From an uncultured Verrucomicrobiae bacterium (GTDB lineage Bacteria > Verrucomicrobiota > Verrucomicrobiia > Chthoniobacterales > UBA10450), in NCBI GenBank assembly GCA_963735805.1, contig CAVTMK010000002.1, forward strand, positions 1,184,001 to 1,248,000: DNA of 64,000 nt. The letters are read 5' to 3'. How positions within the stretch are numbered: position 1 is the first letter of the stretch; each line of letters starts with the position of its first letter. This document shows positions 39,537 through 50,543 of the stretch, piece by piece. The position numbers were made by a program, and so were the translations under genes. The notes under the pieces are model-generated. The model searched no databases, was not told where the DNA came from, and saw nothing but the letters and a program-made list of their open reading frames with translations.

Positions 39537-41489
39537 TTACTGCAAATATTTGTCGAACCATCCGACGGTTCGCTCCAATCGATCGACTTGATGCTCGGGT
39601 TTGATGAACATATGACCTTCGCCGGAATAAATAATGAGCTGCGTCGGCACGCCAAGCGTCTTCAAAGCGTGCCAGAATTCGTAAGACTGTGACGCCGGGC
39701 ATTCGGCGTCCCGCTCGCCCACAATTACGAGCGTTGGTGTCTTCACGTTCTTAATGGAGTGAATGGGCGAACTTTTCTCGTACACGACGGGATCATCGTA
39801 AACCGATGCACCAAAGAACGGGATCATCCATTGGTCGATCAAGTTCTGACCATAATAACTTTGCCAATTGGCAATGCCTGCCCCGGCGACTGCCGCATGA
39901 AAACGATTGGTCTGTGTGACAGTCCACATCGTCATGTAGCCGCCGTAACTCCAGCCAGTCACACCAAGGCGTGTCGAATCGATTGGGTATTTTTTTATCG
40001 CGGCATCGATTCCGGCGAGAATGTCATGAAGGTCGCCGTGTCCGAAATCCTTCACGTTAGCTTGGGTGAATTCCTCTCCCTGACCGTAACTTCCGCGTGG
40101 GTTCGGCATCAGCACGTAGTAACCGCGTGTCGACAGAGCGGCGATGATCGCCCGAGACATTCCGAAGCCTGCAGGCCAATCTGGAGTTGCAGCGCTTGAA
40201 GGTCCACCATGGATGAGAACAACCATGGGGTGTTTTTTCCCCGATTCCATTTTTGCCGGTGATAAAAGCCAGCCCTGCATGTTGAGGCCTTCATTGGTCC
40301 ATTCAAGATTTTCGGCTTTGCCCCAGCTCGGGGATAGTCCGGCGTTATTATTCGTTAGCTGGCGCCATTGCCCCATCGGGCCGACCCAAATCTCCGGCGG
40401 TGTATCAAATGTACTGCGTTCTGCGGCTGCGACTTTGCCGTCCTTTGAAACGGCAAAGTCAGGGAAATTACCGAAGGCATGAAGGGCTTCCACGCCTTTC
40501 CAAATTGTTCGCACCGAGTTGTTGCCCAGCGTCAATTCAGAGATCGCACCTCCACCACCGACGATCTCTGTGAATAGGATTTGGTCGGGCGTAAGCCAAA
40601 AAAGCGAACTCACGGAGCTTTTGCGACCTCGGGTGCGGTTCATAACATTTTTGCCGTCAGCGGAGATTGTGAAGAGATCACCGCCGTGAAATCCTTCGTC
40701 GCTCATCAAGCCTTCGATGAAGGCAACCGACTTGCCGTCGGGCGACCAACGCGGAACCGCGATTTGAAACGACGGTTTGTAGATCGATGTGGCGTTACCC
40801 GTTTCGGCTTCGATTGTGTAAATCTGCGCAATCCACCAATTGTTATCGCCCGGTCCCGGGGCCGCTGTTACCACGAACATTTTGTCGTCTGGCGACCAAT
40901 CGAAATCGTAAATGTGCAGATTTTCGGGAGAAACCTGACGCAACTGCCCGGTAGTCACATCGAGAACAGCGATCCGCTGATTGTGAACGGCAGTGTCGAT
41001 CACGCCCGTGTTGGCGGGCGCGGCCATTAGTGGGCCGCCGCCACCCGCGCCTTCAATATAGAGAAAGGCAATCTGTTTTCCGTCGTACGACCAACGCGGT
41101 CGCGCGGCGTAGCCTTTTAAATCAGTAATTCTTTTAGGCTCGGAACCATCGGCTTTCACCGTCCAGAGCTGTCTCTGTTCTCCCTTACTGGTACTGGAAA
41201 AAACTGCCAGTGTCTTGGAATCGGGAGACCAGGCGGGATCGAAATCGGCTCTTTCCCCATTAATCGGAATTTTAACCAATGCCGCCGATCCGTTTCCTGA
41301 TGTTTCGCAGACGTAAGTTTGCTTCGATGTTGATGCGGCAGTTGATTGCACCCACGCGACGTGTGTGCCGTCAGGAGAAAGTGCGACGTCGCCGTACAAA
41401 ACAGTCTTACCCAACTGTTCGGTCAGCTGCTGCATAGTCTGGGCTGTTAACGTCATCGGAAAGAAACAGGCCAGGAAAAGATGCTTCAT
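39537..41489 (-). CDS. S9 family peptidase with beta-propeller (PD40-like repeats)
   Basis: WSPD repeats, IHGGP, NPRGS, GWSYGG, GERD, EGH catalytic triad. Confidence 0.95.
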   Translation of the reverse strand: MKHLFLACFFPMTLTAQTMQQLTEQLGKTVLYGDVALSPDGTHVAWVQSTAASTSKQTYVCETSGNGSAALVKIPINGERADFDPAWSPDSKTLAVFSSTSKGEQRQLWTVKADGSEPKRITDLKGYAARPRWSYDGKQIAFLYIEGAGGGGPLMAAPANTGVIDTAVHNQRIAVLDVTTGQLRQVSPENLHIYDFDWSPDDKMFVVTAAPGPGDNNWWIAQIYTIEAETGNATSIYKPSFQIAVPRWSPDGKSVAFIEGLMSDEGFHGGDLFTISADGKNVMNRTRGRKSSVSSLFWLTPDQILFTEIVGGGGAISELTLGNNSVRTIWKGVEALHAFGNFPDFAVSKDGKVAAAERSTFDTPPEIWVGPMGQWRQLTNNNAGLSPSWGKAENLEWTNEGLNMQGWLLSPAKMESGKKHPMVVLIHGGPSSAATPDWPAGFGMSRAIIAALSTRGYYVLMPNPRGSYGQGEEFTQANVKDFGHGDLHDILAGIDAAIKKYPIDSTRLGVTGWSYGGYMTMWTVTQTNRFHAAVAGAGIANWQSYYGQNLIDQWMIPFFGASVYDDPVVYEKSSPIHSIKNVKTPTLVIVGERDAECPASQSYEFWHALKTLGVPTQLIIYSGEGHMFIKPEHQVDRLERTVGWFDKYLQ

Positions 41490-41630
41490 TCAGTGATCCT
41501 GACAAAGGTCGATTAGAGCGGCAAGATCATCTGGTCTTGTTTGGCGATTCGCCGAGGCTGAGGCGTCAAGAGGGAAAGAGGATCACCCTTTACGAGTAGC
41601 GGCGTATCATTCATCACGTAGCTTCGACAG

Positions 41631-42098
41631 ATGGCTCGGATCCGAATCCGTTTGGCGAAGTCAACCGATTGTGATGCGCTGGCCGAGTTGCGCTATCAAT
41701 TTCGCGCTGAGGCCGGATCGGCAACGGAACCCAAATCGCGGTTTCTGGGCAGATGCACATCATGGATGAAAAAACGTTTTCGCTCCGGCTCTCCGTGGCG
41801 TTGCTGGGTTATTGACGATGGAAAAAGATTGCTCGGCCATGTTTGCGTTCAGTTGTTTGAGAAAATTCCTAACCCAGTTAACGACGAACCCGAGCTTCAT
41901 GGTTACGTAACGAACTTTTACGTCGTCCCGGAAATGCGGAATCACGGGCTCGGCGAAAGATTGTTAAACAAAGCGTTATCGTGGTGCAGTGCTCAAATTA
42001 CCGACGCGGTTATTCTGTGGCCGACTCCCGCCAGCAAATCGCTTTATCGTCGGTACGGCTTTGTCGAGCCGAGGGACATTTTCAAACTGCAACATTAG
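41631..42098 (+). CDS. GNAT N-acetyltransferase
   Basis: YVVPEMRNHGLG, LYRRYGF. Confidence 0.9.
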   Translation: MARIRIRLAKSTDCDALAELRYQFRAEAGSATEPKSRFLGRCTSWMKKRFRSGSPWRCWVIDDGKRLLGHVCVQLFEKIPNPVNDEPELHGYVTNFYVVPEMRNHGLGERLLNKALSWCSAQITDAVILWPTPASKSLYRRYGFVEPRDIFKLQH

Positions 42099-42105
42099 GC
42101 AAACT

Positions 42106-42633
42106 TTAAGTGCGAAGCGCCTTGGTGAAGCGAATCAGTTCGTCGGCGACCTGTTTGATTCGTTCGGTGATCTTTTTGTCGTTGATGTGCTCGCCGTCAA
42201 AAGCATGGGATGTGGCAAACGCGAAACGCGGAATAATGACGCAACGAAAATCGAGCATGAGGCTGTTCGCGTACGCCATCACCGACATATAACTCGCGTG
42301 GCCTCCAGCCGCGCAAAGGAAGCCGACAATCTTGTCTTGCCAGACGCTTCCAGTCAGCTCGATCATGTTCTTGGTCGCTGCGGCCACATCGTAATTATAA
42401 ACCGGTGCGGCGATGAGGACGCCATCGGCGTGTTCAATGGCTGCGCTCAATTTTTTTGAACCAGGCATTCCATAGCATTTGTCTGCATCGCAGAGTGGGA
42501 GATTCATCTCACGGATATCGATCCAATCGCAATCGACTTCCTTTTTTTTCATATGCGCAAGCGCGGCGCGCCCCATCCGACGACTGTTGCTGTCGGGATT
42601 ACCGCTTGTGCTGATCACCAGATGCTTCGGCAC
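42106..42633 (-). CDS. NADPH-dependent FMN reductase
   Basis: S.NPDSNS, ADG..IAAPVYNY...A.KN.IE. Confidence 0.9.
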   Translation of the reverse strand: MPKHLVISTSGNPDSNSRRMGRAALAHMKKKEVDCDWIDIREMNLPLCDADKCYGMPGSKKLSAAIEHADGVLIAAPVYNYDVAAATKNMIELTGSVWQDKIVGFLCAAGGHASYMSVMAYANSLMLDFRCVIIPRFAFATSHAFDGEHINDKKITERIKQVADELIRFTKALRT

Positions 42634-42736
42634 AAGGCAATCGTAGAAGCAAACGCCGAACGCTCAACTTCGAAGTCCAACTGGAATTCGGAGAATCATG
42701 GTCTCTGTTATCCGGAAGCGGCCTGCCAGGAGCGCG

Positions 42737-43008
42737 TTAGGCCGCCCCCCCTGTCGACCGCGACTGTGGTCCTTCGTTCCAGATATCGAGGGCGCAACAC
42801 CACTGTCCATCGGGTTCGCGCCGCCAGATCGTGATGGCGCGGCCTTTCCGATAACTGGCGCGAATGCAGGTGCCAAAACAACCGCATCGTCAGTCTAGTA
42901 GGAGAGTATCCGGTCGATGTCCTCTCCTGCGGAAGCCAGCGCCGCCCATTCGGAGTCGCGTTTTAGCAAACGCTCCGCTTCAACTGATTGATCGCCCGCT
43001 GCATTCAT
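42737..43008 (-). pseudogene. decayed SnoaL/DUF4440 (NTF2-like) gene
   Basis: Hand translation MNAAGDQ...DIDRILSY*TDDAVVLAPAFAPVIGKAA, then in another frame ITIWRREPDGQWCCALDIWNE; in-frame TAG at 42895-42897 and missing middle. Confidence 0.75.
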
Positions 43009-43014
43009 CGGGGA

Positions 43015-43449
43015 TTAGTCTGTTGTGCGATCGTACGGAACGATGTTGTCCCATTCATCGGCGGATGAGCGCGCGACGAAGGCCACCACGGGTTCGGTCT
43101 TGCTCATGTTGAACACTTCGTGCGGCACGCCGGGTTTGATATAAATGAAATCACCGGCTTCATTTTCGATCACCTGCTTGAGGCCGGGTCCGAATTCGTG
43201 ACGCACCTTTCCTTCGATGATGTAAAGGATCACTTCGAAATCGACATGGATGTGCGCATAGGCAACGCCTCCGGGAGGAATGGTGGCGATGTTCGCCGAT
43301 AGCTTGCTTGTACCGGCATTCTTCGCGGACATGCCCTGTTTATAGTGAATGCCATTCCAGTCCCTTCGAGCGCCGCCGCCGCGAATGGTCAATATCCCAT
43401 TGTGATCTTCCAGTGCGCTGAGTTGGATGTTGTTCTTAGCGTCGTTCAT
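43015..43449 (-). CDS. cupin-domain protein
   Basis: IPPGG...AHIH..FE, AGDFIYI.PGVPHE. Confidence 0.9.
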   Translation of the reverse strand: MNDAKNNIQLSALEDHNGILTIRGGGARRDWNGIHYKQGMSAKNAGTSKLSANIATIPPGGVAYAHIHVDFEVILYIIEGKVRHEFGPGLKQVIENEAGDFIYIKPGVPHEVFNMSKTEPVVAFVARSSADEWDNIVPYDRTTD

Positions 43450-44621
43450 TTCGCTCTATGAAAGAACCTATCAAGCACTCGGTCGTAATATCTCCATCCT
43501 TTGGACGTAGGGTGTTCCCGATGAGCAATGAGGAAGTTTGGATCGGCATCGTGGTCTTCAAACTCGACGAGCGGGAAGTGATATCGCGCGGCGAGTTCGC
43601 GCATTCTATCGTAATAGATTCCTCGACTTGATCGCGAAATGCCTCTCGCGGCGTATGCGTCGATCGGGGTGCTTAGAATCAGCGGCCGGGCTTTGAGCTC
43701 TGTGAGTGTCCGGAACAATAGTTCTAAATCAGTCCATTCGCCGGCAGCCGCGACACGCGCGCGAAATTCCGCATCCCGGCCTGGGTGAATCGTATCGAAC
43801 GATTCTGCAGTCCACGTCTCCCAGCTCTCGCCAGACCTCGTCTTGATTGGCTGCGTCCTGTGAGAACTGAGCGATCGCATCCAATTTGGAATGGGTTTGC
43901 CTCGGTCTAAGATGTAAACGAGCGCCTCGAAGTGGTCTTGCAAATCAAGTATCATGTTTTGCAGCTTTCCCAACGGCCACATGGCCATCAGAACGATGCG
44001 GTCCAACGGACGATCCGAAGCGAGACAATTGGCTGCGAGCCGTAGCAGCCCATCTTTCCCCAGCGTCTCCGGGAATTGAAGCATTCGCTTTGCGATCGCA
44101 GCCTTCAGGTTTAAATCGAGAGCATTACCAAAAAGAGTGCCACACGCTGCAGGCAAGGAGAAGTTTCCGGCATAAAACTCCGGCCGTTCCGCGGGCGCTA
44201 AAAATGAGCTCGCCGATAGCGAGACGGCAATTTTGCGTCCATGCAAGTCAGACCCAATCGCGCCTAATTTTTGCAAGATGATCAGCGAGGCAGTGCCGGC
44301 CTTGCCCACAGGACATACCTCAAATCCGGTGGGCTCTTTGCGAAAGAAATCAGACGCCCTGTTCGGAATCGGGTCGATCAACTCCGAGCTCCCATAAAGA
44401 AGTAAGACGTCCGGCGCTCGCGCCGCGGCACGTTCAAAAGCCAGTCCCTGATTTTTAATAAAGAAATCCCTTGGCGCGGTGGAATGAATTGTCCGTTCCT
44501 CGAGGTAAATTGCCACCAGTCTGCCACCGCAAAGGATCGCAACCGTTAGCGCACAGGCGATCAGGGCGCTGGAGAGATGCGGCGCGAGCGCGAGCGCAGT
44601 AGCGCGTCTGATCATAAACAT
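43446..44621 (-). CDS. dltD: D-alanyl transfer protein DltD-like
   Basis: KNQG, LYGSSEL, VG.AG..SL, K.A.SLS.S.F, EW.DL, D....FL....HP..KGW. Confidence 0.8.
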   Translation of the reverse strand: MFMIRRATALALAPHLSSALIACALTVAILCGGRLVAIYLEERTIHSTAPRDFFIKNQGLAFERAAARAPDVLLLYGSSELIDPIPNRASDFFRKEPTGFEVCPVGKAGTASLIILQKLGAIGSDLHGRKIAVSLSASSFLAPAERPEFYAGNFSLPAACGTLFGNALDLNLKAAIAKRMLQFPETLGKDGLLRLAANCLASDRPLDRIVLMAMWPLGKLQNMILDLQDHFEALVYILDRGKPIPNWMRSLSSHRTQPIKTRSGESWETWTAESFDTIHPGRDAEFRARVAAAGEWTDLELLFRTLTELKARPLILSTPIDAYAARGISRSSRGIYYDRMRELAARYHFPLVEFEDHDADPNFLIAHREHPTSKGWRYYDRVLDRFFHRAK

Positions 44622-44699
44622 TCGTAATATTACGTTGGGCTCAGACTTTTCCAGAATGATTTGGACTTCTGAAAGAACGTAGAGGGCGCACGATCAAAA

Positions 44700-44830
44700 C
44701 CATTCGTTGAAACGATGACCGATTGAAGCGATGAAGAAGAACGTTGAAGCGTGATGCGATTACGATTGAAGCGATTAAAGCCCAATTAGGTTTAACGCTT
44801 CAATGGGTCAACCATTTAGCAATTTAACGA
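44700..44830. repeat. short-period tandem/inverted repeat (ttgaagcg units then ttaacg/ttcaa units)
   Basis: Repeated (g)ttgaagcga followed by complementary tttaacgcttcaa upstream of glgB. Confidence 0.55.
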
Positions 44831-44836
44831 GCAAAC

Positions 44837-47044
44837 ATGAAAACTTTCGAGATCGCTGGATTACCGCCTGACGAACTGAACCGCTTCGTCGAGGGAGGCC
44901 ATTCGGATCCTTTTAGAGTCCTGGGTCCTCACCGGATTGGAGACGATTTGGAGATCCGCGTCTTTCGTCCCGATGCCCGCAAGGTTGAGGTCGTTCTGGA
45001 CCAACATGCGGAAGAGCCTATTACCGCGCAAAAAATTCAACAGGACGGTTTTTTTTGCGCAACGGTCCGAGATGCGACGCGCGATCTTCCGTACCATCTG
45101 CGGGTCACTGCCTGGGACGGCTCGCATCATCTGACTCGCGATCCCTATCAGTTCGGGCCGATCATGGGCGAAGTCGATCTGCATCTTTTCGCCGAAGGAC
45201 AACATTGGAAAATATACGAAAAGTTCGGCGCGCATGTGCGCACTCTCGGGGATGCGACCGGCGTTTATTTCTCGGTCTGGGCGCCTAACGCTGAACGAGT
45301 CAGCGTGGTCGGCGATTTCAACGGTTGGGACGGCCGGGTTAATCCCATGCGCAGACTCATCGGCCACGGTGTGTGGGAGCTATTCTTGCCCGGTATCAAG
45401 CCAGGCGCGCATTACAAGTTCGAGATCCGCACCCAAACCGGAGCGCTCCTCCTCAAGAGCGATCCGTTCGCATTCTTCAATCAGCATGGGAAATCGACGG
45501 CGTCACTGGTGTACGATCTGGAACATTACACCTGGAACGACGGCGGGTGGATGGAATCGCGCCGGACACGGAACTGGCCGCGAAGCCCTGTCAGCATTTA
45601 CGAAGTCCACGTCGGCTCATGGCGTCGCAAGGCAGAGGAAGAAAATCGACAGCTAAGTTATCTCGAGCTTGCCGAGACGTTGCTGCCGTACGTGCTGGAG
45701 ATGGGTTACACGCATATCGAGTTATTGCCAGTTGCGGAACACCCATTCGAAGGTTCATGGGGTTATCAGGTCACAAATTATTACGCACCCACCAGCCGGT
45801 TCGGCACACCCGATGAATTCCGTCATTTTATCGACAAATGTCATCAGGCCGGGATCGGCGTGATCATGGATTGGGTGCCTGCGCATTTTCCAAAAGACGC
45901 GCATGCCCTGGCCGAATTCGATGGAACCGATCTATACGAGCACATGGACCCGCGCCAGGGTGAGCACCAGGATTGGGGCACGCTCATTTTCAATTTCGGC
46001 CGCAACGAAGTGCGCAATTTTCTCATCGGCAACGCGCTTTTCTGGCTCGATAAATATCACATCGACGGTCTGCGGGTGGATGCAGTGGCCTCGATGCTTT
46101 ACCTCGACTATTCGCGGAAGCCCGGCCAATGGATTCCGAATGTTTACGGTGGCCGGGAGAACCTCGACGCCATCTATTTCCTGAAACGTTTCAACGAGGT
46201 CTGTTACGAGCGTTTCCCGGGGATCATGACCATTGCAGAGGAATCAACTGCGTGGCCTGGCGTATCGCGTCCGACTTATCTGGGCGGGCTTGGATTCGGT
46301 TTCAAATGGAACATGGGCTGGATGCACGATTTCCTGCAATACATGAGTCTCGACCCGATTTACCGGCGTTTTCATCACGGTAACATCACCTTTTCACTGC
46401 TCTATGCGTTCCACGAGAATTTCGTTCTGGTGTTGAGCCATGACGAAGTGGTGTACGGCAAGCGCTCGTTGCTATCCAAGATGCCCGGTGACGAATGGCA
46501 GAAGTTTGCCAATCTGCGGATGTTTCTGGCGTGGATGTACGGGCATCCCGGTAAAAAACTCCTCTTCATGGGCGGCGAATTCGGCCAATTGAACGAGTGG
46601 AACCACGATACGAGTCTCGACTGGCAACTCGTTAACCTGCCTCAGCACGACGGTCTGCGGAGGCTGGTGCAACATTTGAATTACATTTACAAAAGCGAAC
46701 CCGCGCTTTGGCAACTCGACGATAGCTACGAAGGCTTTGACTGGATCGATCTTCACGACGCCGATAACAGTGTGGTCTCCTTCATGAGAAAATCGCGCGA
46801 GGGCGACGTGGTCGCGTTTGTGGTTAACGCAACACCTATGGTGCGCTACGATTACCGCCTCGGCGTTCCCGAGTCCGGCTTCTATCGGGAGCTTATCAAT
46901 ACCGACGCCGAAACCTATGGCGGCAGCAACGTGGGAAATCTTGGCGGGGTCCGGACCCAGGATGTTCCGTGGATGGGCCGCGCACAGTCAATCCTGATCA
47001 ACTTGCCGCCACTGGCAACCGTGGCGTTTAAGCTGGAAAAGTGA
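44837..47044 (+). CDS. glgB: 1,4-alpha-glucan branching enzyme
   Basis: [45 protein letters not shown]. Confidence 0.99.
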   Translation: MKTFEIAGLPPDELNRFVEGGHSDPFRVLGPHRIGDDLEIRVFRPDARKVEVVLDQHAEEPITAQKIQQDGFFCATVRDATRDLPYHLRVTAWDGSHHLTRDPYQFGPIMGEVDLHLFAEGQHWKIYEKFGAHVRTLGDATGVYFSVWAPNAERVSVVGDFNGWDGRVNPMRRLIGHGVWELFLPGIKPGAHYKFEIRTQTGALLLKSDPFAFFNQHGKSTASLVYDLEHYTWNDGGWMESRRTRNWPRSPVSIYEVHVGSWRRKAEEENRQLSYLELAETLLPYVLEMGYTHIELLPVAEHPFEGSWGYQVTNYYAPTSRFGTPDEFRHFIDKCHQAGIGVIMDWVPAHFPKDAHALAEFDGTDLYEHMDPRQGEHQDWGTLIFNFGRNEVRNFLIGNALFWLDKYHIDGLRVDAVASMLYLDYSRKPGQWIPNVYGGRENLDAIYFLKRFNEVCYERFPGIMTIAEESTAWPGVSRPTYLGGLGFGFKWNMGWMHDFLQYMSLDPIYRRFHHGNITFSLLYAFHENFVLVLSHDEVVYGKRSLLSKMPGDEWQKFANLRMFLAWMYGHPGKKLLFMGGEFGQLNEWNHDTSLDWQLVNLPQHDGLRRLVQHLNYIYKSEPALWQLDDSYEGFDWIDLHDADNSVVSFMRKSREGDVVAFVVNATPMVRYDYRLGVPESGFYRELINTDAETYGGSNVGNLGGVRTQDVPWMGRAQSILINLPPLATVAFKLEK

Positions 47045-47072
47045 TTTGTTATACAGTTACATGAGGGTTTAA

Positions 47073-47276
47073 ATGATGAACGTGCGTTTACTACTTGGGT
47101 TACTTTTATTAGGTCTGTTTTGCGGTTGCGCTGCCAATGTCCCTTATTCGGAGACAATGACTGACACCAGTTCCCAGGCTCACCAAAGGGTCATACTCGA
47201 CTCACCACGACAAGCACCGATAACTTATCAACCCGGACTCGATTCGGGGTCGGGGATGATGGGCAGCGGCCAGTAA
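47073..47276 (+). CDS. small lipoprotein
   Basis: SD GAGG, hydrophobic signal with lipobox FCGC. Confidence 0.65.
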   Translation: MMNVRLLLGLLLLGLFCGCAANVPYSETMTDTSSQAHQRVILDSPRQAPITYQPGLDSGSGMMGSGQ

Positions 47277-47296
47277 GCAAATTTTCGGAAACAATT

Positions 47297-47356
47297 TCGG
47301 AGTCGACGCGCAGCCGACACTCCGAAGGCGTTCGCCAGCGCACGGCTGCCTCTACA
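47297..47356 (-). repeat. GTAG-type REP (family B) overlapping the xseA stop
   Basis: Minus strand tgtagaggcagccgtg[cgctggcgaacgccttcgga]gtgtcggctgc. Confidence 0.55.
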
Positions 47357-48641
47357 GAGTTTGGGAGCCGAATTCGCCGTCGCTCACGCGAGTGCGAATT
47401 TTCATCTTTTGCCGGACTGCCCCGGTCGTTCGGATGATTTTTCCGCGCTCGTCCATTGTGATGCTGTATCCGCGGCGCAAAGTTGCATTCGGCCCGAGTA
47501 CACGGAGAATTTCTGCCATGTGTCCGAAGCGTTGCCTGGCGGTTTCGAGTAATCGCTCCGGGCAGGCGACCAGCCGCCGTTGCAAATCAGCAAAGCGGTC
47601 ACGCCGCATCAAGAGTTCCCGCGCAGGACTGCGCGCTTGTAATGCGCGCGTGGCGTGAAGGAGACTGCGTTTGTAACCATCGATCCTGTGTGCCAGACAA
47701 CGCTGCAGAGTCTCCCGCGCATGATCCAGCCGCTGTTGGGCATCACGTAAGCGGTTAAGCAACTGGCGCGTTAGCGCGCGTGTGCAACCGTCGATGCGCC
47801 GTTCCAGCTCGATAACGGCGGGTACGATCAATTCGGCCGCAGCGCTCGGCGTGGGCGCCCGCAGATCCGCGACGAAATCGCAGATGGTGAAATCAATTTC
47901 GTGGCCGACTGCTGAGACGATTGGCACTGTTGAGTTGAATATCGCTCGTGCGACAATCTCTTCGTTGAATTCCCATAAATCTTCGATGCTCCCGCCGCCG
48001 CGGGTGACCACGATCAGATCGAAAGGCGCAAACGCCTCGTTAGGCACAGCGAGTTCGCGGATGGCCACAGCGATCTCCTGTGCAGCTCCGGTTCCCTGGA
48101 CGCGGACGGGGTTGATCAGAATCTGCAACCAGGGCGCGCGGCGCCGCAGCACGTTTAGCATATCGCGAATGGCTGCCCCGCTCGGTGAGGTGACGATTCC
48201 AATTCGCCGTGGGAATTTTGGTAACGACTGTTTGCGATCCGGCGCGAATAATCCCTCGGCTTCCAGCTTGCGTTTGAGCTCTTCGAATTTTGCCTGTAGC
48301 AGGCCGACTCCACGCGGCTGAAGAATCTGAACATTGAGCTGATATTGTCCGCGCGCTTCGAAAACGGTGACAGTGCCGTAAACCTGCGCCCGGGTCCCGT
48401 CACCAACAGGTTGTCGCGGCGGTGCGATGGTGTCGCGCCAGATCACGCAGCTGATCTGGGCGCGCTGGTCTTTGAGGGTGAAATATTGATGGCCGCTCGG
48501 ATGGAGCTTGTAATTCGAGATCTCGCCCTGAACCCACACTGCACGGAACTTTGTTTCGAGCGCTCCACGAATCTGTCGCGTCAACTCGCCGACGGTAAAG
48601 ACTTTGGCGGTTTGCGGAAAGAAATCGGTCTGTAGCGGCAT
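47352..48641 (-). CDS. xseA: exodeoxyribonuclease VII large subunit
   Basis: WVQGEISN, SGH.YFTLKD, RGGGSIEDLW.FN, SAVGHE.D, APTPSAAAE. Confidence 0.98.
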   Translation of the reverse strand: MPLQTDFFPQTAKVFTVGELTRQIRGALETKFRAVWVQGEISNYKLHPSGHQYFTLKDQRAQISCVIWRDTIAPPRQPVGDGTRAQVYGTVTVFEARGQYQLNVQILQPRGVGLLQAKFEELKRKLEAEGLFAPDRKQSLPKFPRRIGIVTSPSGAAIRDMLNVLRRRAPWLQILINPVRVQGTGAAQEIAVAIRELAVPNEAFAPFDLIVVTRGGGSIEDLWEFNEEIVARAIFNSTVPIVSAVGHEIDFTICDFVADLRAPTPSAAAELIVPAVIELERRIDGCTRALTRQLLNRLRDAQQRLDHARETLQRCLAHRIDGYKRSLLHATRALQARSPARELLMRRDRFADLQRRLVACPERLLETARQRFGHMAEILRVLGPNATLRRGYSITMDERGKIIRTTGAVRQKMKIRTRVSDGEFGSQTL

Positions 48642-48754
48642 GGTTAAAACATTGAAGGGATGAAGAGATGAAGCATTAAAGCGGCGGTAAATGCCTCAAC
48701 ATCGCTTCAACCATTCAGGGCTCAACATTCAAATGAAGCAACTGGAGCAGGCAC

Positions 48755-48826
48755 TGTAGCCACGGCGCTGTATCGCCGTGTCGAGAAGAACATGATCAAA
48801 CGCCTCGACGCAGCGAGGCGGCTACA
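48755..48826. repeat. GTAG-type REP doublet (family A) overlapping the ruvB stop
   Basis: tgtagccacggcgctgtatcgccgtg ... cgcctcgacgcagcgaggcggctaca. Confidence 0.85.
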
Positions 48827-49820
48827 GTAATTCAGGCTGCATGCCGCCCGGCGGTTTTAGTCCCAGCTTGCGATAGGCGTTCGCCGTGGCCACACGACCT
48901 TGCGGAGTGCGTTTGATGTAGCCTTCCATGATCAAATACGGCTCGTTCACTTCTTCGATGGTGCCGGCTTCTTCGCCGATTGCGACCGCGAGCGAGTTCA
49001 AACCGACTGGTCCACCGTTAAATTTGTGAATTAACGCTTCAACGATCCGCTTGTCCCATTGATCGAACCCGTCCCGATCGATCTCGAGCATTGTCAGTGC
49101 CCGATCTGCCAGCTCAGCGGTGATTTTTCCGTCAGCTTTCACCTGTACATAGTCACGCACCCAGCGCAAAAGATTGTTCGCCGTGCGTGGCGTCCCGCGT
49201 GTGCGCGAGGCGATCTCGGCTGCCCCGGCTGAATCAATTTCCACGCCAAGCAGGTGGGCGCTGCGCAGGATGATTTTCTGCATTTCCTCGGCGTGGTAGT
49301 AGTCGAGGCGCGCCGTCATCCCAAAACGCGACCGGAGCGGCGCGCTCACCATTCCGGCCCTCGTGGTTGCGCCGATCAACGTGAACTTTGGCAAGTTCAG
49401 GCGGAGACTGCGCGCCTGAGGTCCCTGGTCGATGATGATGTCCAGCCGGTAATCTTCCATCGCAGGATAAAGATATTCTTCGATGGTTGGTTGAAGCCGA
49501 TGAATCTCGTCGATGAAAAGAACGTCTCCCTTTTCAAGGCTCGTGAGCAGCCCGGCGAGTTCGCCCGCCTTTTCGATGACAGGCCCACTGGTGTTCTTGA
49601 TGTTCCCGTTCATCGCATTCGCGATGATGTAAGCCAGTGTTGTTTTACCAAGACCAGACGGACCGCTGAGTAAAATGTGTTCGAGCACATCACCGCGCTT
49701 CTTTGCAGCTTCCACCATTAACTCAAGTCGCTCGCGTACTTTTACCTGCCCGGTGAACTCGCTAAAAGCTGGCGGCCGCAGCGAAATTTCAAAGGCGGCA
49801 TCTGGTTCCGGTGGTTTCAT
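48822..49820 (-). CDS. ruvB: Holliday junction branch migration helicase RuvB
   Basis: [45 protein letters not shown]. Confidence 0.99.
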   Translation of the reverse strand: MKPPEPDAAFEISLRPPAFSEFTGQVKVRERLELMVEAAKKRGDVLEHILLSGPSGLGKTTLAYIIANAMNGNIKNTSGPVIEKAGELAGLLTSLEKGDVLFIDEIHRLQPTIEEYLYPAMEDYRLDIIIDQGPQARSLRLNLPKFTLIGATTRAGMVSAPLRSRFGMTARLDYYHAEEMQKIILRSAHLLGVEIDSAGAAEIASRTRGTPRTANNLLRWVRDYVQVKADGKITAELADRALTMLEIDRDGFDQWDKRIVEALIHKFNGGPVGLNSLAVAIGEEAGTIEEVNEPYLIMEGYIKRTPQGRVATANAYRKLGLKPPGGMQPELL

Positions 49821-49915
49821 TAAGCGACCGTTAAAATGTTACAACGTTAAAGCGTTGAAGCGAATGTTGTGACAGCACTGGTGTCAAGCGCCCGACAGGA
49901 GCGGGCTTGAGATAA

Positions 49916-50320
49916 CTAGCTTGCCAGATTCTTCGTCAGCACCAGTTCCGTGCCGCGGCGTTTATGGATGTAATCGACTTCGTCAAAAGCGTTACGAATC
50001 AGAAATAACCCGAGTCCACCCGGCTTGATTAGATTGTGAGAGCGGCCTTTCATGTCGTTAGGCGGGACCTGTTCGCCATAGTCGCGCACTCGCATGCGCA
50101 CGCATTTACGCTTGCCTTCCAAATGCAACGAGATGAGCTGATCGTCACGCAGACGATAAGCGTAACGGATAACGTTCGTGCACGCTTCATCCACGCCGAG
50201 CACCATTAGCAGACGTTCTCTTTCGGAGAACGGATAGCCGTTGAGAAACTGGCGCACGCAGTTGCGCATCAAGGCCAGGTTGGCTGTATGACTACTAAAC
50301 TCGACTGTCTGTTTATTCAT
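49916..50320 (-). CDS. anti-sigma factor / RsbW-like HATPase protein
   Basis: DEACTNVIRYAY, RDYG, GGLGLFLI...FDEV; start at ATG 50320 inferred. Confidence 0.9.
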   Translation of the reverse strand: MNKQTVEFSSHTANLALMRNCVRQFLNGYPFSERERLLMVLGVDEACTNVIRYAYRLRDDQLISLHLEGKRKCVRMRVRDYGEQVPPNDMKGRSHNLIKPGGLGLFLIRNAFDEVDYIHKRRGTELVLTKNLAS

Positions 50321-50543
50321 TAACCGCTCTGAAATCTGAGCAGATTCCACGTGTTTATTCAACTCCGAACGTCTTTCCAGCCCGGCGTGAACGCAACGCG
50401 ACTCCTTTATTCTCAATCGGAGTGACGTCAGATTTGCGTTAGACCGTTGACATGGAACCGGAGTGCATGTGGCATGCGTTCCTAGTATGCGCCGAGCGGA
50501 AAACGTGATGGACACTTGCCCAAACCGCTGTTCAATTTTGCAC

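Noticed and set aside
42660..42950. Structured ncRNA in a GC-rich gap
   Set aside because: Explained by the SnoaL/DUF4440 pseudogene.
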